A DNA stretch of 64,000 nt from Cyanophora paradoxa CCMP329 (GCA_004431415.1 QPMI01000416.1:62001-126000), one strand, 5' to 3'. Positions 42,813 to 56,824 are shown, numbered from the stretch's first letter. Program-made: numbers and translations. Notes: generated by a model not told the origin, from the letters alone.

Positions 42813-45104
42813 TCATGAGCGCCGGCGCCCCGGGCCGGGGCCCCCTCCTCCGATCAGTTGCAATTGTTCGATCAGTGGCCCAGCTGCAGCCCGGCCTGGC
42901 AGTACTAGTGAACCTCGGAATCACTTTGAGTGATTCGTGTCGCGTCGAGGGGCCTGAATTGCAACTGCACAGCCCCTGGCAGTGCAGCTGCAGTCTGGCA
43001 GCTCCTCTGGGCTTCCAGACGGAATTCCAAATTAAAGAGAAGAGCAAACCTGCGGACCGAGGCAGTGCTGGCCATGGCCAGGCAGCGCTAGCGCTAGCGC
43101 GCCACCGCCCATGGGTACCGTCCGACGGTCGCAGCTTGATTAACTTCGTCACAGCTTGCAATTGATTGACTGCGTGTGGGAGCACGCCCGCTAGCCGCCC
43201 GAGGCGGCCGGGATTTTGCCCGTGAGGCCTTCGACGGGGTACATGATTAATTTACGGGGCGCCGGGGGTGGCCATGGGGAGGCGGCGGGGGCGGGCGGGC
43301 GCGCCTGGCGGTGGAGGGCCGCCGGGCGTCGGGAGGCAGCCGCGAGGCCCGTGGAGGGTTACATGATCAATTCACGGGTGCCGCAGTGCGGGGGGCGGGG
43401 GAGGGGTACTAGAGGTAGGTATTAGTTGGGGTACGGGCAGGAGGGTCGGGGGAGAAGAGGGGGACCCGGGAGGAGAAGGTAATTCATGATTCACCAACTT
43501 GCAATTGGCAAAAACGAGCGGACCGGTACGTATATATACGTATATACTGTTACTAGGCTAGTAGCTACCGGTATAGGTGCGTCCGGCGGTAGATCTCATG
43601 ATCATGATCATCGGATCAGATCTTAACTTAAGCTTCGAATTCCGAAGTTCGATCGCGAATCTCTAGCGAAGGCAAGCTCCGCGAACTCGCGATCGATATC
43701 GGATCGCGAATTCGAAGAAAAAGCTTCGATCGCGAACAACCGTTATCTTTTTGAGAAAAAGTCCGGGGCCAACCGGTACCGTTGAACCCGGCCAACCGGG
43801 CGCGCCGGCCTTGAAGCGGCGCCCGCCGACTCGGCGCCGAGCCGCCGGCGCCGGCGCCGCCGCGCGCGGCGCCGCCCGGCCGGCGGCGGCCCCGGCCCCG
43901 GGCGGCCGGCGGCGCCCCGGCGGCCGCGGCCGGCCCGGCCGCGGCCGCGGCCCGCGGGCCGGGGGCGGCGCCCCGCCGCCGCCGGGCCGCCGGGCCGCCG
44001 GCCCCAGTGGGCCACGCGGGGCCCGGACTCCGGAGTCCGGACTCCGGAGTCGTCGGGGGCCTCGGGGCGCCCCGGGCCGGGGGCGCGCGCCCGCGCTGCA
44101 CTGTGTGCATGGCGGCGTGATGATGGCGCCGCGCGCCGCGGCGCGCGCGCGGGCCGCGGGCTGCGCATGCGGGCCGCGGGCCGCGGCGCATGCAGATGCA
44201 GGGCCGCCCTGTCGCGCCGACTCGCGCGTCAAAAAGGCTGGTGCACCGGCTCGACTCAGAGTCGAAGCTCGAGCCTCGGAGACTTCGAGCCTCGGACTCA
44301 GGTTCGGAGTCCGACTCTCGGGAGTCTCGGCGCGCGAGGCTCATCATGGCCCGATTCATCATTCACGGCATCGATGTCCGACGGTCAGAGTCTACCCGTG
44401 ACCGGCCCGGCGGGTACCGCACTGCTGCAGTCCGGCAGTTCCGAAGTTCGGAGCCTCATCACTGAGTCATCATGGCATCAGCTGCAGCCTGCAGGCTCAT
44501 CGGCGTCTGTGCCGGCCTGTGTCAACTGTGCAGCTGCAGCTGGTCACGGGTCAGCCGCGTTTTCTCTCAAGCTTAAGGTTCGTTCACGGTTCCTTCGAAT
44601 TCGCCCTGCGCGCGCGTGCTGCCGTGGCCTCCAGTTGCGCTTCCGAAGTTCGGAACGTCGTCGGACGCGTACGCGTGCATATATATACGCTGCCGCGCGC
44701 GCGCCCGGCAGCCGCGGCGCGCGCCGTCGCCGTCAGCCTTAGCTTCACAAGACCTCCTTCAAAGGCTGCATCTAGATCTCCTTCTCCAAGTTCCAACTTG
44801 CTGGCAATTGCAACGTTTAACGTCCAGATCTAGAGCAATTCTCGCGTCCTGTCATCCGATGATCATCGGATCATGCCATGATGGCGTGGACCATATGCAT
44901 GGCCATGCCCGGCCATGATACATATGTATACATATGGCCGGCCAGTGGCCAGTGGTCCGATCGTGAGGCTTATGCACGTGCACGGCGAACGTTAACGTTA
45001 ACGCGAATTGCGAAGTTCCGTGCATGTTCGTATTGCTTACCGAAGGGCCACGCCTCGCCGCAGCAACAGCGACAACGTTAACTCCGGATTCACGCAATTG
45101 CAAG

Positions 45105-47763
45105 ATGCCAAGGGGTCCCGTCGTATCCCTCAGCGATATCGCTGTGCAGGACATTTATTCCATGTACGGCACCCACGGAGGCTGCGACAACCGCGGCGGC
45201 AACACCGTGCAAAAGGTTTGATTATGATCATCCTATATATAATAATTACCGTAGAACAGATTCCTTTAATTTTAATTGTAGATCTATGCGTAAACAGTCA
45301 AGCTTTTTTTGAAGGCGGGGCCCGGGCCGAGGCCGGGCCTGGGCCGCGGCCGGGGGCGCCAGCTGCAGGCGTGTGTCTGGACTGCCTGTCTGGCCATGAC
45401 CGGTACCATGCTTGCGATTTAAATTTCCTGAATTCTAGATCTATATATACGTGTAAATTGAGGGTAGGGCCTGGGGGTGCCAGGCGTGTGTCCTTGATTT
45501 GTGGCCTTGATTTACACTTGCGATCGATACCGTGCGCTTAATGATATATATGTGCAGTGGGCCTGGGATAACGCCGTCGGCGGCCCGAACTCGCCTCCGT
45601 ACGGCGTCGTTTTCTTCAAAAACGTGCGTACGCGTACACTTTTTGTACACATGTACATTTGCATGCTTGCAATTGATATCTAAAACTGACTTGCAATTGC
45701 AATCGATCGTGATGGTCATGATCAGGTAATGAAGTCGGACGATCCAGCGAAGTGGGGCAAGATGTGGGGCCCCTTCAAGGGGGACGCCAAAGTCGGGGGG
45801 GTGCTCAAAGTGTGCGTAAGCTTAGTTTGCCAAGTTCAACGGTTGGCGAACCGCCGGATCCGTATAATTATTATAATGAAAACTCAAGCCTGGAATGCCC
45901 TGATGCTGCAGCTGTCCCCTTCGAGCCCTGAAATTTACCGCAAAGCCTAGATCTAGATCTAGATCGATATCGAGATCTGCCCCTTTGCCAAGTTGCGCGG
46001 CCCTAATCTCACAGTTTGCTGATCGTAACGCGGTGGTCCCCGCGCCCGGGCCGGGCTGTGCAGGAACAATGTGGGGCGGGAGGCGAACGACGAGTTCTCG
46101 GCCCTCTGCGTCGCCCCCAACACGCGCGCCCAGATCTGGGACCACGCAGACTTCAAGGTGCGCTCTAGACCCGAATGAATTGGAAATTAACTGTAGCTAG
46201 CTTTTATAATTAAACTCCAAATTTGAGTCCGGACTCGAAACTTAAACTGTTGGTTTTGGTTAATTACCAGTCACAACCTCTAGTCTACGGAAATTAAGCC
46301 GCTCATTATTAATAATCATGGTAGCCTCGAGCTCACGTACGCGCGCGCATGCAGGGCGACTTCATGATCTTCGAAGGCGTCAACACGGCCGCGCCACGTA
46401 CTGCGGGCGAGCCGAAGGGGTCCGATCCGTACCCGTCCGACCCGTCCTGCGTTCCCCTTCGAATTTGTTGTTACATCCTCTATCTCATGATCGAGGGCTC
46501 GCATGCGCATCGCCCATCATGGCATGAACCTGTTCAATGACTGCGGGCGACCCTTAAATTTAAACCTCTTCCTCCCTCGAGCTTCTTAAAAACTTGAAAC
46601 GGCTTAATTTCTTATAAGCTTCGGATTGACCCGTACCACTGACCGCGAGTTACGCTAACCCCGAATTCGAAGGTACTTCTGCTTCAATCTCTCCAAGGTC
46701 CCGGACTGCCCCAAGTGCGAACAGTCGCCTCGAGCTCCCCTGGGCATCAGCGCGCTGAGCCCTTGCAAATTGATCATGAGCTCTTCAAGGCTTTAAAACA
46801 ATTTTAATTTGCCATGGTGCTTTTTTAATCGCTTTCTCGTGCCCAGTAAGGACGTTTACAACGGATTCAACGACCGGTGCGCGATGTCTGGTTCTCCGCA
46901 AGCCTCCCCTCCCCCTCCCTCCCCCCCCCCCCCCCCCCCCCTCCTCCTCTCGGCCGCCCGTCCCCGCTCTAGATCTTTGTTCCCCCTCCGGAGTCCCCGC
47001 CCCGCCCCCTTCCCACCTCCTCTCTTCCCTCCCTCGTGATAAGCCCCGGCCCGGCCCGGCCCCACCCATGGGACCCTCCTAGGCCCCCGTGCTCCCCCGA
47101 CCTTTTCGAGCTCGCAGAGCTCGAGCAGAGTCTTAACTCTACCGCCACACATAATTATAAGCCACCTTAGGCTATATATTTCTCGCCAACCTTTTCGAGC
47201 TCGCAGTACGACGAGCTTCGTGGTCACGGGATTGCGTTATGGTCAGGCAGACTCCGAGAACCAGGTGCGGGGGCCGGGCCCGGCGCCTTGCCTTTAATTT
47301 CCATCCATGGCCAGCCTTGCAGTGTGTCATAGTATCAATATTCATCCTCCAACAACAAATACAGTGTGCTTGCAATCAATATTCATCCTCGGCTTAATAA
47401 CTCTAGCACTAGTAGTCAATAATTCAATGATTATATTTTGCTTGCAATTGGATCTCCGCCAATTTAACGATCTTGCGCTCATGATCATCGGATCAGCTCG
47501 TGGACGAGGACGGGGAAGGACAAAGCGCCCCCGAGGTCGAGCTTTCCGCCCTCCTGGAGGCGAGTGCGACATTTCAACTCTTATTGATTCGATTCCTTCC
47601 GATTTTTATTTGATCGGAGGCGCGTGTCTTCCTGTACAATATTGACCGCGCGCGGTTGCCGCAGGGCCTGCCGGCGGAGGAGGGGTACGTGGCGGGGACG
47701 GAGGGCGGTGAGGAGCTCTCCGAGGAGGCGGAGGAGGCAGAGGGACCCTCCGACCTCCTCTGA
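45105..47763 (+). CDS. Host multi-exon beta/gamma-crystallin-like protein, paralogue 2
   Basis: Same exon series and splice positions as 40955-42812, diverged introns. Confidence 0.7.
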
Positions 47764-48099
47764 TCGCGCGCGGCGCGGCGCCCCTCCGCCCGCTACGTAT
47801 ACGGCCCCCCCGCGCGCCGGCTCGAGCTCATGCATGTTATGTGTCCGACAATCACGACCAGTACGTGGCTCAGGGACTCGTTTTGCATGAATCTCGTAAA
47901 AGACACATTCAAAATCTCATCAAAGACACATTAAAAATCTCACGAGCTCGAGTCGGGAGGCGGGGCCCTGGCGCCGCCCCCGGGGCCGCCGATGAGTGCG
48001 CGGGCGCGGGCGGCGCGGGCGCGGGCCTTGGCCGCCACGGGCCCCTCCCCCTGCCCCGCCGCCTGCCGCGATCAACATCAACGAAATCAAATGCTTCCT

Positions 48100-51000
48100 G
48101 CTGTAATCTGATCGTGGAGTGTGAATAATTAGACCAACCTCGGCCTCCCTGAGGGACGCCTCGGCGGCAAGGAGCGCCTCCTCGGCCCACGCCGCTGCCG
48201 GCCCGCAGGTCAGGCCAGGCCGAAGCTTAAAAAAAGAACAGAAAAGCATAGCTAAAGCATAGAAATCTGGAGTACTAGTCGTGAAGTGAAAGGGAAAGAG
48301 AAAGGGGGGTGAACATCGGAAAGAAGAGCTCCAGGGGCGGGCGCACGGCCCAGGGCGAGGTTCGCCTCGGCGAGGTTCCCGCAGAGCGCCGCCCGCGTCT
48401 CCCGCTCCGACCCCGGGCAGCTCGCCAGCCCCACGCCTGCCGACGGCCTCGGAGGGGGCGGGGGGGGGAGGGGGAGTGGGGGGGTACCGTAGAGGAGGGA
48501 GGCGAGGGCGTAGTTCCGCTTCTTGAAGACGTCGTTCGCGACGGTCTGGGGGTACGCCGTCACGCGGGGGGGGGGGGGGGGGGGTTTGAGAAGCTGGGGG
48601 AAGAGGGGGAAGGGAGAGGGGGGTATTGCCTTGAACGACGAGGCCATCTCGACCGCGAACCTGCGAAGCCGTGCAGAGCCCCGTCAGAAAGAAAAAGAGA
48701 AACAAAAAGGCCACTCCAGGGCTCGACACAGGGGGGTACGCGCTTGTTCTCCGTGGCGGACAGCGCCGGGACCTTGTCGGGGTACGCGGCGCGGAGGCGG
48801 AGGAGCGCCGCGGCGCACCCTGCGGGGGGTAGGGGGAAGGCCCAAGCCTCAGGGGAGAGGGTGAAGGGGGGGTACGCGGCCTGCGCACCGGCGACGGCGC
48901 TGCCAATGGCGCCGGTGACGACGTCGTCCTCCGGGGTCTCCCACGAGTGGCCCGAGTGGAGCTGCGCGAACCCGAGTTCGAACACGATCGAGGCTTAAGG
49001 AGCTCCAGGCGGCGCCGGGGCGCGGGCACGTGTCCTAAGATCTAAGAAGATCTCAGAAGACCGGGGCCAGTAGAAGCTTTCGCAGGAGGCAGCGCATCTC
49101 GGTGAAGTCCAAACCCAGATACTTAGAAGCTTAGAAGCTTAGAAGCTCTAATGAGAAGATCTAAGATGGAGGCAGCGCTTCTCGGAAAAGGCGCGATAAG
49201 CTACTACGAAGAAGCTTAAAAGCTTAGAAGCTCTAAAGCTCTTCTAAAAAGATCTAAGAAGAGGAAGACCGGGGCCAGGAGAAGCTTTCGAAGCTCGAAA
49301 GCTCTAAATTAAAACGATGCCTCTTCGGCATCGGGGCCCGGGGCGAACGCACCGCCTCCGCCTCGGGGTCCGCCTCCCCTTCCGCGGCCTTCGCGATGAC
49401 CTGCGCCGAAAGTTAGGGGGGGGGGGGGGGGGCGGGGGGGGGGGGGGGGGGGGTACCTTGCGGAGGGCGGGGGCGTGCGGGAGGGCGGAGCGGGCGCCCT
49501 CCGGGAGGGCGCTCAGGTGAGCGAGGCACCAGGCCAGCTCCTCGATTTGCTGCGCGAAGCTCTGGAAAAAAATGGACGGGTAGAAGAAGAATCGCGTACC
49601 CTGCGGCGCGAGGCGTGCGCCTTCTCGATTTCCTCCGGCTCCGGGCCGTCGGCCGGGTGCAGGCACATCCTGCGGGAGAAAAGGGTACGGAGATGCTCGG
49701 GGGCGGGGTACGGGGGTACGGCATCCGGGGCGAAGGGTTGGGGGTACGGACGCACGCGACGGCGCCGCGGACGGCGTTCTTCCGCGCGTTCGGCGCCTCG
49801 TTCATGGCCCTGGGGGGTACGCCGTTCAGGTAAGTATTCTTTGTTTTTTTTTGGGGGGGGGGAAGTCGAACCGGAGCATGCCGGCGGCGATGTCGCCGGC
49901 GGGATCCGAACCGGCGGCGAGGAGGGCGGCCTGGGCCGCGCGGGCGGCGGCGAGGGCGGAGGCGCGGCCTTCCGAGCCGGCGGGGACGGGCCGGCGGGCA
50001 GGGGGCCAGCGGCCTCCTCGGCGGCGCCTGAGGGGCGGCTGAAGGGGCGGCGGCAGCCGATGGGGCCGAGTCAACGTCGGCAAAGGGCGGGGCGCAGATC
50101 AAAAGGCGGAGGGCGCCAGCCGCGTAGACGCCGCTCCGGTCCTCTGCCGTACCCGCCCCATCCATCCATCGCACAGGGGGTACGCGGGAGAAGGGGGGGG
50201 GAAGCGCACCGGGGTACGCGGGCGGAAAGGGCCTGTTGACGAGAGAAAGGAGGGCGGGGAAGAGGCCCAGGGTAGAGGCGAGCTGCAGGCGTAGCCGGCG
50301 AATGGGGCTGATCACCTTGCAGATCTGGGGGGGGGGGGGGGGGGAAGGAAGGGGGGGGGGAATTTGATCGGCTCGCGGGCGGCAGGGGGCAGGGGGCGGC
50401 GAACAAGGTAGATCGATTGGACGGCCACCTCGTGGATGATCGCTGTAAGGCTGGGGTGGGGTGGGGGGTACGCGTCACGCGGCGGGGAGGGGCGTGGAGG
50501 GCGGGCGGGCGGGGCCGGCGCTCACCGCGGGGCGTAGCGCTTGACAACCTCGGGGGGCATCATCGGACCCCAGAAGATGGTCTGGATTGCGCCCTCGGTG
50601 GGGCCTGCCGGAGGGCGGGGCGGGGTACCGGATCGAACGACGGGCGGTTGACGGGGAGGAAAAGGCGACGTACCCTCGTCCAGCTCGGAGAGGAAGCGCT
50701 GCGGGTCGATCGCGAGCTGCTCGACGATGGCTCCCAGGAGGTCGCCGGCGGGGGGGTACAGCGCCTCGCGTAGGGGGAAGGTCGGCGCCTCCACCGCGAG
50801 CTGGTAGACAAGCTGCATGCACTCGTACCGCAGCTTCGAGACGCCGCCGCGCAGCGCCTCGGCGATGGCAGGAAGAAGGAGCGGCTCTGCCAGCGCCTGC
50901 GCGGGGGCGGATCGAATCTGGGGCGTGGCGGGAACAGTCCGGCCGCGGATCGAATCTCACCGCGGAGGTCGCGCCGAGGTCGCGGACGAGCGTGTGAATC
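48100..51000 (-). CDS. Host multi-exon hypothetical protein, possibly with a TPR-like segment (boundaries approximate)
   Basis: Coding-like pieces LVYQLAVEAP.., FELGFAQLHSG.., ANDVFKKRNYALA..Y, AALCGNLAEANLALGR separated by poly-C/G introns. Confidence 0.45.
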
Positions 51001-52249
51001 CCTTTGCAGGCGGGGACGCTCGCCGTCGTGTCCTTGCAGCGCGGCCCGAGCAGCTGCCGGCGGCGCGCGCGGCCCGCGCGTCAGCGATGGCGCGGCGTTG
51101 GTGCCCCGGGGCGCTCGCGGCGGCTTGCCTTCGAGAGGAGCGTGAACAGCGGCGCTCCGACTGCTGCGTAGATGGGCCTCGCGGATCCGGCTTCCTTCAG
51201 CGGCTGGAGCCACTGCGCCGTACGCGTGCAAAGGATGCATATATCAGTGGCGCCGGCGATGGCCATGAACCCGCGCGAACGTTCGCGCGGCGCCGTCCGG
51301 CGAGCAGACGGCGAGCCAATGGCGAGAGCACGTCGCTCACACGCATGATGATGCGGTCCGCCTCGGGGCTGGCCAGCTCCTCCATCATCGGGCCGACGCG
51401 CTCCTTCCGCGCCTTCCCTCCGAGCTTCGCGAAGCAAGCGGGGCACAGCGGCGCGCTGTCCGGATTCGTACACGTGCCAGCCTTGCATTTAGAAGAGGCT
51501 GATCATGACAACGAACGCGCGGCCGGTGGTGAGCGGAGCCGGCAGCGGCGCGCTCGAGCTCGACGCGGCTCACCGGACGATCGCTCGCGCCCCCTAACGC
51601 GCTCGAGCTCCGCGAGCATCTCCTGCAGGGACATGCCAGCGAGCATTCCCGGATCGAACATTGCACTGTCAGCTGCGCCGATCGCTAGCCGTGTACCCCC
51701 GCCGGCGCGGGTCCGCGGGGTCGTCCAACCGAGCTCTTTTCACGATATCGATCATCCTTTCTACCAACCTGCCTACCTGCAGGAGCAATCGCAATCGTCT
51801 GCCCGCGCAGCGCGCGGCCGCGGCGACGTCAACTTCGACAACTGCATGCGCAGCTGCAGCCGCGGGCGCCGCGTTCGCATCGGAGTCGCTACGAGCGTTC
51901 TGGAGTCGATTGTCGACGTCGCTGCGCGGAAAGGTCCTGCTGCCGTCGCGGGAGCATTGACAACCGGCCGGCGCCGCGGCCGCGGGATCCGCGGATTCGT
52001 AGTGAAGGGAGCGCGCGGATACGGCGACGAGCGAACAAGTGGGATCAGCATGCATATGTGCGATTCGCTCGCAAGGTGCGCACAATTCCGCCGCCGCGGC
52101 CGCGGCCGCCGCGCGCGGCGCTGCGCGCGCGCGCGGGCGCCGGGCCCGCAGCTGCGCACGCAGCTGCTTACAGGATCCCTCCGTGCACCGCGCAGGCCTC
52201 GAGCTCGAGCCTTCGGGCGCACGCGTGTGCAAGTCTCTAGATCTCCGGA

Positions 52250-54935
52250 TCCTCCCCGTACGCGTGCAGCTGCAGCTCCAGATCTCGTCCTCGCTCTGGG
52301 CGTGTGCGTGCTAGCGCTGCAGCTGGCGACGGTCGCCCTCGCAGCAGGCCACACGTGGAGCTCCGGCGCCGCGGATGCGATGGCGGCGGCCGGCTGCAAG
52401 AAGCAGTGCGGGGATACGCGCTTCCCCGCCGAGAAGGCCAGCTCGAAGCAGCTGGAGTGGCTCGCCCAGAAGCGCGGCGGCAGCGGCCGCGGCGGCAGGG
52501 GCCTCGTGAGGGCTCTATCCAGAAAGGAGCACGACGACCTTCTGATGCAGCTGCAGCCGTCCACTCCCGGGCCAGACAAGTCTTCCGGTACCTATCTAGC
52601 CCGGAGTTTCAAGGACATCGCGGACGCGCAGGGCGCGGACGGGCTCGAGATCTTCACGCAAGTCTCGTGCGCCGCGCGCGCTCCCGCCTCCGCCTCCGCC
52701 TCCGCCTCCGCCTCCGCCTCCGCCTCCGCCTCCCGGAGTCCGCCTCCGCCTCCGCCCCCAGCGCCTGACCCGTTCCTTTGCAGTCCGATGCACGCGCATC
52801 TCGACCGGGGCGAGCTCTCCCTAATCGCCGACGCCCTGAGGACCGCGGACCGCCGGGCGTTTGTCGACGCCAAGCTCCTCCTCAACTCCTCCCTCCTCGA
52901 CGACGCCCTGTACAGCGCGGCGCCCGAGAAGACGTTCGAGAAGCACGTGAAGCGCCTCACGCCGCAGCTGACGCACCCCGAGATCCCCAAGGAAGCCAGT
53001 GCGGGCCTCACTGAGTCGCGGCCCCGCAGATACGGGGCCCTCTGACTGAGCCGCGGCCCCGCAGGTCGCTTCCTGTGGGGCGCTGCGTACGCCCTGGACA
53101 CCGAGGTGCAGCTCATCGTCGTCAACGAGTCGGGGCGCGTCATTGCCCTGCCGCCCTTCGCCCCCAACAGCTCCGGCGCCGATCGCGAGCGTCGGCCGCG
53201 GGACCAGTGGCGCCTGTCCGACTTCGGCATCCACCGCCTCTACATACTTCGGTACTTCCACCTGGAGACACGCCAGGTCCATCTCTTGCATTATAATTAG
53301 CACACAACCCAACTACAATGAGTTTCACATCGCCCAATATATAATATAATAACTGGAGAGACGCCACTAAGCTAAATTAATAAACTGGAGAGACGGTCGC
53401 GTACGAGGCGCTGGGGCCCATCCTAGCTAAAGAGGTTTCTAATCTAAAGAGGGTTTTGTATCTGGGTAGCTAGCTAGCTAAAGAGGTTTCTAAACTAAAT
53501 TAAAGAGAGGTTTCTAAGCTAAATTAACCGGAGACCCGCCAGGGCAGGTCGTGTACGAGGCGCTGGGGCCGATCCCGGGCTCCCTCTGCGTCTGCTCGCC
53601 CCCGCTCTCCCGAGACTTCGCGTACACCCAGGTCCGCGGATCCCCCTCCTTGCATCTCAGCTGCTATCGTTTCTTTGAGTTGCAATATTAATTAATATTG
53701 CTGCTTTGCAATTGCTTTGCAGACGAAGAAAGCAAAGGCGAAGGCGTTTTCTTCGTCTGCATCCAGTCGCAAAGTGCGTTTTAATATGCGTTTAATTCCC
53801 TTGCAAATGCAACATTCATCTTACAGATGCTCGCCAGACACAGACGTCAACAGGCGGCGCCGGCGCCGCCCCGCAGCAGCCAGTGGAGACTTCTGTTGCA
53901 TCGGACTTCCCGCCAAAGGATCCGGACGGCGACTGCACCAAGAAGTGCGGTGTCCCTCGCATTGCCTTCAACAAGGCCAGCAAGGAGAATCTGGAGTGGC
54001 TCTCCCAGAAGCGCCGCCCGTCCACGGGCAAGGGCAGCGCCCAGGGCCCCGTGGTCGCCGCGCCGGGCAGCCCCGACAAATTCAGGCAAGTGTACCCCAT
54101 GCTCCTGGAGAGCGACGCTGCCAGCTCCGCTCGGCACGCACCAGCGCTATCGGATTTCGCGGACGAGAAGGGCGTGGCGGCTCTCGGGCGGCACTTCGTC
54201 CGAATCTCGTGCGCGTCTACTATCGATCCTGCCACCTTATAATTACTCGCTGGATCACCACTGAATCGCGGCCGTCCGCAGTTTGAAGGACTTGCAGTTG
54301 CACCTGAATCGCGACCCAAGGCAGCTTCTTTTCGAGGCGGTCGAAGCCGCGGACAGGTGGGCGTTTCTCGAGGCGGGCTACAACCTCGAGATGGAGAACG
54401 GTGCCTTCTACGGCCCGGCGGTGCAGAGCGCGCTGACGCAACACGTAAAACACTTGCCGCCACGAAGTATGCACATGCATCGGGAGATCTCCAAGCACAA
54501 AGACGGCAGTACGCATTTTGTTCATCTTTATAATTACATGAAGGCGTTCGAATTCTGATATATATTTATTCCGACCCGAACAACGCTGCAGACTTGCTGT
54601 TCTGGGCCGCTGCGCACGCTCTCGACACCGAGGTGCAGGTGATCGCTGTCAACGAGTCAGGGCGCGTCGCCGCCCTGCCCCCGTTCGCCCCGAACATCAC
54701 TACTCGGCGCCCAAGCGAGCGGAGCCTGTCCGATTTCGGCATCGGCCGCCTCTACGTCCTGTACTACGTCCACCCAGCCACCAAGTCCGCCATCTACGAG
54801 GCGCTGATCCCGAACACGCCCGCGGGCTACACCTGCGCGTGCTCGCCCGCGCTCCCGCGTGACTTCGCGTATCGGAGCCCGCTGGCGCCCGTATCAGAGC
54901 CCTCGGTGCGCAGCCGTGGCTCGACTGGCCATTAA
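52250..54935 (+). CDS. Host protein(s): tandem duplicated unknown domain, first copy with a signal/TM segment
   Basis: CKKQCG..KAS...LEWLAQKR versus CTKKCG..KAS...LEWLSQKR; ALDTEVQ.I.VNESGRV.ALPPFAPN occurs twice. Confidence 0.6.
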
Positions 54936-55085
54936 TATTGACAGCCCGTCTGGTTTGGACTGATCATGACGTTGCCTGCAGCTGCAGGCTAGCACTGCTT
55001 CCCCTTCATCTGAGACCGCATCGAAACCGCGGGCCGGCACCAGCGCTAGCGGCGAGCCTCGTCCAACTCAGGTGCTGACCGCTTC

Positions 55086-56204
55086 ATGTTCGAATTCGAT
55101 TGCGCCTGCCTCCTGAAGCAAATTTGTGCGCAGGCGCCAGTGCCACGCAAGCCGGATCCGGATACAGGGGTCGAAGATGGGGGCGGAGACGCCACGAAAA
55201 CGGGCCCCCAGGGGGACGATCACGAGCCCTCCGCAGCGGCCCACGTGCTCCCGATTGCCTTCACGGCCGTCATTGCCGTGGTCGGCCTCGTGGGGTTCTT
55301 CGTGCCCGAGCGGCGCCAGCTGAGGACGGAGCTGGCGGCCGCGCGGGCGGCGGCGGCGGCAGCCGAGCAGCGGGCGGCTGCGGCAGATCAGCGGGCAGCT
55401 TCAGCGGAGCAGAGGGCGACGGATGCGAACCAGCGGGCGGCGGCCGCAGAGCAGGGCGCAACGGCAGCGAAACAGCGGGCGACTGCTTCGAATGAGAGGG
55501 CGGCGGCTGCGGAGCAGCGGGCGGCTGGCGCAGACGCGGAGGCGCGAAGGGCGGTGGAGAACGCGCGGGCGGCAGAGCGGGACGCCCGGCGAGAGCTGGC
55601 GGAGGCGCGCGCCAAGGCGGAGTCGCTGGGGGCGGAGCTCCGCGACGAGCGGCGGGCCGCCGAGCAGCAGAGGGGGCAGCTGGACGAGGCGCGGCGCGAG
55701 GGGCGCGGGGCGGTGGAGCGCGCAGCCGCCGCCGAGCGGGCGGCGGCAGAAGCAGAGCAGCGGGCGGCGGGCGCCGAGGCGGCCGCCGCGGCCGCCGCGG
55801 CGGAGCTTCGGGCAGCGGCGGCGGTGGATCCGGAGCGGCGGCCGCGCGAGAAGCTGGAGGGCGGCCAGGGGCGGGCGGAGCTGCAGGCGCTGCTCGAGCG
55901 GCTCTGGCCGGCCATCGTCGCCGGGGCGCGGCAGCGCGAGTGCGCCCTCTGCCTCAGCGTCGTCCCCGAGGAGGACCTGCGGGCGCTCCTCCCGTGCGCC
56001 AAAACCTCCCGTGCCGCCCTAAGTTTCGTCTCTGACGCCGGGGCGCGCGGCCGCGGCAGGTGCCTGCACGCGCAGACGTGCAAGGGCTGCGTCGCGCAGC
56101 TGGAGGCGCGGGGGCGGCAGTGCCCGCAGTGCAGGAAGCCCTTCACGTGCGCCGAGCGCGTCTTCGCGGCGAACTTCGCCCCCGCTCACGCTCCCGCCTT
56201 CTAA
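55086..56204 (+). CDS. Host TM + coiled-coil + C3HC4 RING protein (has introns)
   Basis: Hydrophobic helix, AEQRAA heptads, CALC...LLPC/LHAQTCKGC...CPQCR. Confidence 0.8.
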   Translation: MFEFDCACLLKQICAQAPVPRKPDPDTGVEDGGGDATKTGPQGDDHEPSAAAHVLPIAFTAVIAVVGLVGFFVPERRQLRTELAAARAAAAAAEQRAAAADQRAASAEQRATDANQRAAAAEQGATAAKQRATASNERAAAAEQRAAGADAEARRAVENARAAERDARRELAEARAKAESLGAELRDERRAAEQQRGQLDEARREGRGAVERAAAAERAAAEAEQRAAGAEAAAAAAAAELRAAAAVDPERRPREKLEGGQGRAELQALLERLWPAIVAGARQRECALCLSVVPEEDLRALLPCAKTSRAALSFVSDAGARGRGRCLHAQTCKGCVAQLEARGRQCPQCRKPFTCAERVFAANFAPAHAPAF

Positions 56205-56824
56205 GTTATAATTATATAATGATTACGGGCAGTGGGCCAGCGTACCCTCGGCGCCGCGGCGCCCAGCGGCCGCCCCAATAGGCCTTGCTGTAAATTCAAG
56301 GTTGTAATAATAACCATCAAGTACCAGCAAGTCCAAGGAAACAATATTAATCATTGAATCGTGAACGTAGAGTACCATGGCCAGTGTCAAAATGCAGACC
56401 AGGGAGTTTAATTTGCCGCCGGTGCGACTCGAGCAAAGTCGCTGACTGAGAGGTCCGGCAGTTATGAGCTTAAGCTTAGACCTGCCATCCCCCCTCTCCT
56501 CCTTCCCCCCCCCCCCCCCCCCCCCCTCCTCCTCCTCAGGACCTTCCTCACCCCCTCCCTCCATTCCCCCTAGGCCTCCGGCTCTTTTTCGCGAGGCTCC
56601 TCGATCTGATCCCTCTAGATCTAGATTTATTGATATCATAGTATTCTCTTTTCGCAGCTCTGTAGCCAGGCTAGCTAGTTCTGTCTTCGATCATCGCATT
56701 TTCTCTCGAGCCCAGCAGCAGACATTAATTAATTGCGGCAGGCCAGATCTTTTTGCTTTCAACGGGTTCACCAGGCCTAGGCCCAGCAGTAGCTATCGCA
56801 GCGTGGCTGGGGAAATATTTAGCA

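Noticed and set aside
43600-44900. Long Arg/Ala/Gly/Pro ORFs on both strands
   Set aside because: Near-pure GC DNA lacks stop codons; no recognisable motifs
50817-53045. 742-aa ORF as a single protein
   Set aside because: Mostly GC read-through; only the part after ~52250 matches the duplicated domain, and it includes an intron-like (GCCTCC)n tract
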